Of a stretch of 64,000 nucleotides of DNA, positions 56,957 to 64,000 are shown piece by piece (position 1 is the stretch's first letter; each line of letters starts with the position of its first letter). Source of the stretch: an uncultured Methanosarcinales archaeon (GTDB lineage Archaea; Nanobdellota; Nanobdellia; Woesearchaeales; CAZYIM01); NCBI GenBank assembly GCA_964647565.1, contig CAZYIM010000007.1, forward strand, positions 1 to 64,000, given 5' to 3'. The notes under the pieces are model-generated. The model searched no databases, was not told the DNA's origin, and worked only from the letters and a program-made list of their open reading frames with translations. Both the position numbers and the translations under genes were made by a program.

Positions 56957-57850
56957 ATGGAAACCAAAAGGCAGCTATTAATCAACGGACTCTCAGAATC
57001 ACACCTAGAGCTGAATCTAACCAATGTTTGTTTTGATTATTGCAGCCATTGTTATGTACCTTCTGTGCTTCCAAAGGATCCCGAAGCTGTTTACATGGAT
57101 CCAGAACTTGCCATCGAAGCTGTCAAATTGTTTGAACCGCATAAGCGGAATGAAAGTGTGCCTGGTTTTGTAGGGCTCAATGGCGGCTGTGCTTTTGCCC
57201 ATCCAGAACTGGTTGAGATAGTTTCTGGTATCAAGAAGATCGACAAGAAGATCAAGTTGGTCATCAATACCTGCGGATTGCCCCTATTGAAAAAGAAAGC
57301 AGATAGGGTGCTCTATAATCTAGCACCATTATTGACAAATGAAGACAGCATCTTACTTCCCCAGGATGACGGCTTCCACAAGTTCCCTTATAAAATGCAG
57401 AATCAAGCGGCAGTAAGACTGACTAACTTGGGAATACAATCGACCGAGGGAAACCAGGGCACAAGGTTGATGTGGGCAATCGGAAGAGGCACCTCGTTGC
57501 CAAAGGATAAGATCTGTGATTGGGAATTGCAGAAATGCCTGACTCATTCAGTTTTAGCATCATCAGACAAAAAAGATGCCTTATCTATGGATGTAAGCCT
57601 GAACATAAGCCCTGACGGATATTTCAGGTATTGCTGTTATGCATCAGGCAGCAATGTAATCCATTTTAATGAAATCCAAGGAATGAAAAAAGAACAGGCA
57701 ATAGAGAAAATTGCAGACGGATTTATGCATCCCAAATACCAACACCTTCCAGATGACCTAAACGCATTTTTCCAACAGCACGAAAATATAGGATACTCAA
57801 GCCTGCCAGCCAACTGTGCAAGATGCGTAGCAGTATTAAACGCTATTTAG
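56957..57850 (+). CDS. Radical SAM protein (divergent)
   Basis: CFDYCSHC, NGGC (in place of GGE), and C-terminal C...PDG...CC...CARC. Confidence 0.8.
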   Translation: METKRQLLINGLSESHLELNLTNVCFDYCSHCYVPSVLPKDPEAVYMDPELAIEAVKLFEPHKRNESVPGFVGLNGGCAFAHPELVEIVSGIKKIDKKIKLVINTCGLPLLKKKADRVLYNLAPLLTNEDSILLPQDDGFHKFPYKMQNQAAVRLTNLGIQSTEGNQGTRLMWAIGRGTSLPKDKICDWELQKCLTHSVLASSDKKDALSMDVSLNISPDGYFRYCCYASGSNVIHFNEIQGMKKEQAIEKIADGFMHPKYQHLPDDLNAFFQQHENIGYSSLPANCARCVAVLNAI

Positions 57851-57854
57851 TTTT

Positions 57855-58838
57855 TTATCTGTATTTTCTCAATCTTCTCAAGGGATCATGTGGCTTGTTA
57901 ACTGTAACAGTTCCGCCTTCGATCGTAACATTATCTAGTTGCAGCTTCTCCACTTTCCGCACATCATACCAGTGCTTCAGAAGTCCACCCACCAATTGTT
58001 TTCTTTGGCTGGCACTAAGATCCTTTAGAACATCATGATACGGCACCTTCACATCGTAATCAGCAACATCATACATAGATCCGGCTTTCTTGACAGCGAC
58101 GTGGGAACAGGCACCGATGCTTCCCAGCTGCCCGAGGTCGGCATTGATAGGCGAGAATATGTTGAATAAAATTCCAGGAATATTATACTTGATATAGCCA
58201 TATATACCCCTGCCAACTGTTTTTATGCTTATAAGCTTATCTGATCTTCCGTATGTTTTCAAAGGATTATACTTCTTGATCATGGAAATTACCTGGTTTC
58301 GGGCCTTGTTTAGGTCGTCTTGGTATACATCCTTGAATGCTATTGTCATGTCTTCTATATTATTGACTATTTCCTTGTCTTTTTGAGAAGTCCATTTCTC
58401 TTTTTTTTGCTTCTCCCACTGGGATTGTACCTGATTCATCACATTTTTTCCTGCCCTGCGCACTTTTTTACCAATTGAACGGCCTATAAGATCTGATATT
58501 ATTGGAATTGGTGCACTATAAATAATGCCCTCTTTTAGAAGAGGCAATATCTGCTGTTGCACATATTGTGCGCCTTCCTTGAAAAAAGCGCTCGCTACCA
58601 CAACACCGACACCTACAACTGTTGGCAAGGCGATGTTCTTAGCAATTCTCCGGGTCTGTTTCCTGAACTTGGCCAAAGGAGTCTTTGATTTCTCAATCCT
58701 GAATTTCAATACGCCAACCAGGTCATCAAGCCTAGAATAAGCTCCAGAGTTCTTGAATTTCTCATCTGCCTCTGAAGTCAGTGTCTTGATCTCTTCATTA
58801 TATAATACTTCATATATATCTCTTACATCATCATTCAT
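57855..58838 (-). CDS. Hypothetical basic protein with hydrophobic hairpin
   Basis: 327-aa ORF with a GGTGGT RBS-like site. Confidence 0.7.
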   Translation of the reverse strand: MNDDVRDIYEVLYNEEIKTLTSEADEKFKNSGAYSRLDDLVGVLKFRIEKSKTPLAKFRKQTRRIAKNIALPTVVGVGVVVASAFFKEGAQYVQQQILPLLKEGIIYSAPIPIISDLIGRSIGKKVRRAGKNVMNQVQSQWEKQKKEKWTSQKDKEIVNNIEDMTIAFKDVYQDDLNKARNQVISMIKKYNPLKTYGRSDKLISIKTVGRGIYGYIKYNIPGILFNIFSPINADLGQLGSIGACSHVAVKKAGSMYDVADYDVKVPYHDVLKDLSASQRKQLVGGLLKHWYDVRKVEKLQLDNVTIEGGTVTVNKPHDPLRRLRKYR

Positions 58839-59027
58839 TTTACCACCCGAAACTATTTAGAAATGGAAAGTCAGTTATTCTATATAAATATTGCCTAATA
58901 TTGAACACCATCAAGCCTGTATCTAAGTAAATTATATAAATCAAATTGCGTTACCTATCTTCTAAAGGGGTGATGACCACAATCGCTCAGGGAATATACT
59001 TTTTCTGGGGACAAGGAGGTTATTAAT

Positions 59028-59492
59028 ATGACAACAATGAGTATAGGTGATGTAGTGAAGATATTCATCAAAGATAATTGCTATCTGTTAGCATCAGATG
59101 TCACAATTAGAACACGATATCAACTCCTGAACACAGGATTATGCTCTTATGATGGTAACACTATTGGAGGAGTAATAAGAAATTTAGATATAAGCCAGAA
59201 AAGAAGAAAACTTATCTTTGAAAATGAGATTGAATATGAGGATCTTACATTTGATGAGAAAGCACTTGCAGATCACTTAAGTTTCGGATTTCAAACCGCA
59301 CCAAACGTGGTTTTTGGAGTTGTAGGCTTTTTCAATAAAAGAGATAGATATGTTGCTGTTTTCCAAGACTTATTTCCTTCAGAAAAAAAAGATGGCACAT
59401 ATAGAGTCCTCGGGAGTAGCATTAAAGTTAAGAATTTAGCAATCAGTTCAGTCGTTACTTATGACAAAGTGAAATTAGAGGGAGGTAAATAA
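59028..59492 (+). CDS. Hypothetical protein
   Basis: AGGAGGT RBS. Confidence 0.7.
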   Translation: MTTMSIGDVVKIFIKDNCYLLASDVTIRTRYQLLNTGLCSYDGNTIGGVIRNLDISQKRRKLIFENEIEYEDLTFDEKALADHLSFGFQTAPNVVFGVVGFFNKRDRYVAVFQDLFPSEKKDGTYRVLGSSIKVKNLAISSVVTYDKVKLEGGK

Positions 59493-59493
59493 A

Positions 59494-59623
59494 ATGTCAA
59501 CAGTGAATGTAGGCGATATAGCATCCCTCAAAATTACTGTTATCTGGTCAGGGTACTGGAATAAACATAGATGCAATAGCTTCAATCTATACATATGGTA
59601 AAGTAGATCTGGTCACTGACTAG
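59494..59623 (+). pseudogene. Internally deleted, frameshifted paralog of 59028-59492
   Basis: MSTVNVGDI, NYCYL and AIASIYTYGKVDL (in three frames) match MTTMSIGDV, DNCYL and AISSVVTYDKVKL. Confidence 0.7.
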
Positions 59624-60402
59624 AACAAGACAGCATCATGGTCATCTCCAAAAAGAGCTCTGGCCAGTTTATCTTCTGAGTCTTCTTTTTCATCCCAGGC
59701 AGCAAAAGATAACTGGTCATCAAAGCGAACAAGCTTATCTTCCAACGAGTCAGGCAATTCTTCATCCCCAAAATAGATCAGTTTTAGATCAGGGTAAACT
59801 TCACGCGCCAGATCAATGACCACATGGATGTTGGCAGGATCAAGGCCTGATAGAGGATACTGTTGCTTGCGATGATTATCAACAAAATAAACATGTTTAA
59901 ATCCTTTCCTGACAATCATATTTTTTCTTCTGATCGGGAGCTGATCCTCGGATGTAACTCTTGTCACAAGGGCACTACAATCAGAATAATCTATCCCCTC
60001 TTTTTCGATAATTGGCTCGATGATGCCAAACTGCCTGTTAAAAGTCGATGTCTTTAGATATTTTAGGACAAGGATATTCTTATCAGCTCGCGGGCCTTTG
60101 TCACCCTTGCCAACATCATGGCCTGCGTGGCTTTTCAGGCCCACAGCAATGGTCTGCCCAGATCCTGTCTCTCCAAAAAGATAAGAGCCATCTTTTACTG
60201 TCCTTTTCGACCTGTGTTTTTCCTGGAAAACACCACCCAATGTATGAGTCAGGGCCCTGATTGCCTGTGTCTTGCCTGCATATGTATCGCCAATCAAACC
60301 TATCTTTACCGGATCCAGTTCCAGGAAACCCTCAATATAGAACGCATTATCTCTTATTGTTCTTAGCGGACCTGCTAGGCGATCTGAAGTTAGTTCATAC
60401 AT
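59620..60402 (-). CDS. Divergent small-GTPase-like P-loop protein
   Basis: KIGLIGDTYAGKT (G1), RT (G2) and SHAGH in the G3 position. Confidence 0.55.
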   Translation of the reverse strand: MYELTSDRLAGPLRTIRDNAFYIEGFLELDPVKIGLIGDTYAGKTQAIRALTHTLGGVFQEKHRSKRTVKDGSYLFGETGSGQTIAVGLKSHAGHDVGKGDKGPRADKNILVLKYLKTSTFNRQFGIIEPIIEKEGIDYSDCSALVTRVTSEDQLPIRRKNMIVRKGFKHVYFVDNHRKQQYPLSGLDPANIHVVIDLAREVYPDLKLIYFGDEELPDSLEDKLVRFDDQLSFAAWDEKEDSEDKLARALFGDDHDAVLF

Positions 60403-60444
60403 AAGCTAAAAAGTAACCACCAATATTATAAAAATCTTAACTAT

Positions 60445-61239
60445 TTAAACCAGAAAACTAATCACCAGAACCAATATCGCCATAAACCAAAGATAATAAG
60501 AAAACCTGATCAATTTCTTCCTTCTTATCAATCCAAGCAACCATTTAAGAGACAAGACTCCAAAGACAAAGGCAAAGAACATTCCAACAATGACTGCAGT
60601 CAGGTTCTCGATCACAATTATATCCTTGGCCTTCATCATACCTGCACCAAGTATGGCTGGCACTGCCATTAAGAAAGAGAACCTTGCAGCTTCTTCTCTT
60701 TTTATACCTGCAAACAGGCCAGTAGCTATGGTGGATCCACTCCTTGAGATGCCAGGAATAATAGACAATCCCTGCATCAGGCCCATAAAAAATGCTGTAT
60801 AATAGTTCATCCGCCTGTTTTTTCCCTGCGGCCACTTCTCTGCTATATATATGATGAAACCTGTTATTATCAGCATAAAGCAGACCACGCGGACATTATC
60901 AAACAAGGCCTCGAAATATCCGCCTAAGAAATAGCCGATCAAAGCAGTCGGGATCGATGCCACCACTATATATAGCAGCATCTTCCTGTAAGGCGCAAGC
61001 ATCTGGTTGGTCTTAAAGACCGAATAGAACAATTTCATTATATCCCTGAAAAAAACAACCAGTATCACAAGTAATGTTGCCAAATGCAGCAATACATCAA
61101 AGGCTACAGCCTGGCTGATGCCAAAGAAATGCTGGACAATGGCCAAATGGCCTGAACTAGAGACTGGCAGCCACTCTGTTATACCCTGTATAATGCCAAG
61201 GATGATCGCCTGAATTACAGATACCATAATATCAGTCAT
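60445..61239 (-). CDS. uppP: Undecaprenyl-diphosphate phosphatase (BacA)
   Basis: QGITEWLPVSSSGHL and PGISRSGSTI motifs. Confidence 0.95.
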   Translation of the reverse strand: MTDIMVSVIQAIILGIIQGITEWLPVSSSGHLAIVQHFFGISQAVAFDVLLHLATLLVILVVFFRDIMKLFYSVFKTNQMLAPYRKMLLYIVVASIPTALIGYFLGGYFEALFDNVRVVCFMLIITGFIIYIAEKWPQGKNRRMNYYTAFFMGLMQGLSIIPGISRSGSTIATGLFAGIKREEAARFSFLMAVPAILGAGMMKAKDIIVIENLTAVIVGMFFAFVFGVLSLKWLLGLIRRKKLIRFSYYLWFMAILVLVISFLV

Positions 61240-61473
61240 AATTATTTATTTTAAAAAATCTTCGGCTTTAAGACATCGATAATTCATCACTATAAGATGA
61301 TGAATAACCGAAAGCTTTTTAAAGGATTGGAGAACATTATAACTTAGAGAGCATTACTATGGACGAGAGAGCACTTGCTCAGTTATATCTGACATTTCGC
61401 TTTTTCTAGAGAAGTGCTATAAATAAAACATATATGAATATATTACTAGTAATATATTAAAGAGGTATATAGA

Positions 61474-62835
61474 ATGAACTTATTTGAAAATTTTGGCTTA
61501 AGCCAAGAGCTATTATCAACAATAAAAAGATTGGGCTTTACACAGCCCACCAACATACAGGAAGCATCAATTCCTCACATAATCCGAAAAAAAGACGTTA
61601 TTGGAGAATCTTCAACAGGTTCTGGAAAGACACTCGCATTCGGATGCGGCATCATAGAGCAGGCAGTCCGCGGAAAAGGCATACAGGCACTAATCCTGGC
61701 CCCCACACGCGAACTTGCTGAACAGGTCAAATGCATGTTAAATGAGCTTGCACAACATAAAAATCTGTTAATCACATCAATCTATGGCGGCGTAGCCATC
61801 AATCCACAGATCAACGATCTCAAGAGGGCTGACGTTGTAGTTGCAACACCCGGCAGATTATTGGATCATCTTCAAAGGAACACAATAAACCTATCCAGGG
61901 TCAATATACTGGTGCTGGATGAAGCAGACAGGATGCTTGATATGGGATTTATAGATGATGTTGAAAAGATAATCAAGAACTGCCCACGAGAAAGGCAGAC
62001 CATGTTCTTCTCAGCAACAATGCCGCCCAGGATACAAGACCTGGCGCACAGGTACATGAACCATCCAATAAAGGTTGCAGGCACCAAGATGGTTGATCCT
62101 GCAAAACTCAAACAGGCCTTCTACCAGGTCCCAAGAAATAAAAAACTAGCCTTGCTGATACACCTGCTCAAGGAAGAGCAGTCAGAACTAGTCATGGTTT
62201 TCTGCAATACAAGAAGAAATACAGATTTCCTTGTGAAAAATCTCAAGGCCAACGATATCAAGGCTATTGCTATCCATGGCGGGCTGTCCCAGAACAAGCG
62301 GACAAATACCCTAAAGGTATTCAACAACGCCCAAAGAGAAGTATTGATATGCACAGATGTTGCTGCAAGAGGCCTGGACATTGATAATGTTTCCCACATC
62401 TACAACTATGACATCCCCAACGATTCCAAAGACTATGTCCACAGGATAGGCCGGACTGCAAGAGCAGGAGAAGCAGGCAAAGTGATAAATCTTTTATGTG
62501 ACATCGACTGGGATAACTTCAGGAGAATTCTGGATGAATATAGAACAATGAATGTTGATGAGCTGGCATTGCCTCAACTGAAAAGAGTAGAGATGATCCG
62601 GACATCAGAAAGGTCAGGAAGATTCGGCTCAGGAAGATCTGGCGGCAGGTCAAACAACAGGAATAGGGGACCTCCATCAAGAAACCGATCATCCGGCGGC
62701 CCAAGAAACAGAACAGGAGCAGACTCAGGAAACAGATCGTCCCAATCCCGAGACCCAAGAAGAAGAGGCCAAGGATCAGGCCAGGGCCCAAGAAACAGAG
62801 GTTCAGGCCAAAGAAGACCCAGTTACAGAAGATAA
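61474..62835 (+). CDS. DEAD-box RNA helicase with R/G/S-rich tail
   Basis: Q motif, TGSGKT, PTRELA, DEAD, SAT, ARGLD and HRIGRTAR. Confidence 0.95.
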   Translation: MNLFENFGLSQELLSTIKRLGFTQPTNIQEASIPHIIRKKDVIGESSTGSGKTLAFGCGIIEQAVRGKGIQALILAPTRELAEQVKCMLNELAQHKNLLITSIYGGVAINPQINDLKRADVVVATPGRLLDHLQRNTINLSRVNILVLDEADRMLDMGFIDDVEKIIKNCPRERQTMFFSATMPPRIQDLAHRYMNHPIKVAGTKMVDPAKLKQAFYQVPRNKKLALLIHLLKEEQSELVMVFCNTRRNTDFLVKNLKANDIKAIAIHGGLSQNKRTNTLKVFNNAQREVLICTDVAARGLDIDNVSHIYNYDIPNDSKDYVHRIGRTARAGEAGKVINLLCDIDWDNFRRILDEYRTMNVDELALPQLKRVEMIRTSERSGRFGSGRSGGRSNNRNRGPPSRNRSSGGPRNRTGADSGNRSSQSRDPRRRGQGSGQGPRNRGSGQRRPSYRR

Positions 62836-62893
62836 AGTAATAATACTCAGCAATTTAATTTATTGTGTCGGCTCTCGATGTTTTTACTAGAAG

Positions 62894-63871
62894 TCAAAGA
62901 AGATTCTTTATGTCTTCAACAATTTTATCATCTATCTCCAAATAGCCTTTCATCAAATTTTCTTTCATCAAATTTAAGGCTCTTTCACCAGGAATTAGAA
63001 TCTCATCAAAATCACTTGCTTTTTTACTGGATTTAATCTCTTTGATTAATTCTGAAACTTCATCTTTGAAAGTCTTTATATCAACAAAAATTTCAGGATT
63101 TATCACTAAAAATAGGAAACCTCTATCAAGACTGCCTTTTAGTTTACTGCCCATTTTCGCTCGCACAAAAGACCCTGCAATAATCTCTATTGCTAAACAC
63201 AATCCATACCCCTTATATCCTCCAAAGGGTGTGAGAGCGTTCACTTTATTAGGATCTTCTGTCAGATTCCCTTCTTTATCTAAAGCCATGTTATCTGGTA
63301 AAAGTTTTCCTAATCTTTTCGCAAGTCTAACTTCTCCCATCGCTCTTGTTGATGTAGCCATATCTAAAACAAAAGCAGTATTATTTGTTGGAATAGCAAG
63401 ACCTATTGGATTTGCACCTAATTTTGGTTCTATGCCTCCAAAAGGCGCAACTCTTGATTTAGAATTATCTATTACAATTCCAATCATATTTTTATCAGAT
63501 GCCATTTTAGCATAATATCCTGGCATCAGATATGATTGCATATTGTTCATTCCGACAAGAGCAATTCCTTTTTCACGAGCTTTTTTTATGGCTAAGTTCA
63601 TCGAAAATTTTCCAACCAATTGACCAAAATTTCCATTCGCATTAATCAAAGCATAAGAATCATCTTCTTTTTCGACTTTCCAATCTCCTTTCCGATTCTT
63701 AATTTTTTCTACAGCAAATTTTGGAAAAGAAACAAATCCATGAGATTTTTTACCAGTCAACTCTCCATAAAGATACTCATCTACGACAATTTTAGAATCT
63801 TCTTGGTTTAATCCTGATTTTAGCAAAATGTCAGTACATAATTGCTTGATTTCATCGATATGAATTCTCAT
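62894..63871 (-). CDS. Ldh_2-family (malate/L-lactate/ureidoglycolate) oxidoreductase
   Basis: G..SHG, VAPFGG...LG.NP, LDMATS, PFGGYKGYGL and IPGE motifs. Confidence 0.9.
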   Translation of the reverse strand: MRIHIDEIKQLCTDILLKSGLNQEDSKIVVDEYLYGELTGKKSHGFVSFPKFAVEKIKNRKGDWKVEKEDDSYALINANGNFGQLVGKFSMNLAIKKAREKGIALVGMNNMQSYLMPGYYAKMASDKNMIGIVIDNSKSRVAPFGGIEPKLGANPIGLAIPTNNTAFVLDMATSTRAMGEVRLAKRLGKLLPDNMALDKEGNLTEDPNKVNALTPFGGYKGYGLCLAIEIIAGSFVRAKMGSKLKGSLDRGFLFLVINPEIFVDIKTFKDEVSELIKEIKSSKKASDFDEILIPGERALNLMKENLMKGYLEIDDKIVEDIKNLL

Positions 63872-64000
63872 ATATTTAATAATAAAATTGATATTATTAA
63901 AATTTTTCTAATACCCCTATCAAAAACTTTTTAAATTCTATTTATAAAGACATTATTCATGAAGCTGTATTTCAGTGAATCATTGAAGCTTTTGTTCAAG

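Noticed and set aside
1..64000. Provirus or integrated mobile element
   Set aside because: No capsid, terminase, integrase, transposase or replication gene was recognised.

Overview
Archaeal DNA, most likely from a DPANN (Woesearchaeota-like) genome. This is inferred from BRE-TATA promoters about 25 nt before start codons, GGTGA/GGAGGT ribosome-binding sites, TrmB and AbrB-PhoU regulators, PGF-pre-PGF surface proteins and DUF2683/DUF2283 antitoxins. The window has three zones. (1) 1-19.5 kb is an accessory region with six toxin-antitoxin modules, recombination scars, and a DAHP synthase/chorismate mutase/prephenate dehydrogenase operon. That operon is preceded by a Phe/Tyr-containing leader ORF and a structured leader. 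(2) 19.5-46.8 kb is a cell-surface locus with proteins of 4698, 1950 and 1388 aa, plus an unexplained GC-rich structured intergenic element at about 42.4-42.6 kb. (3) 47-64 kb is a mix of genes: subtilase, Nudix, PhoU regulator, radical SAM, UppP, DEAD-box helicase and an Ldh_2 dehydrogenase. The best candidates for undescribed biology are the attenuator-like leader, the giant macroglobulin-like/S-layer fusion operon, the 42.4-kb structured RNA candidate, and a dispersed family of REP-like palindromes. No tRNA, rRNA, CRISPR array, transposase or reverse transcriptase was recognised. All family calls come from motif recognition by eye, not database searches.
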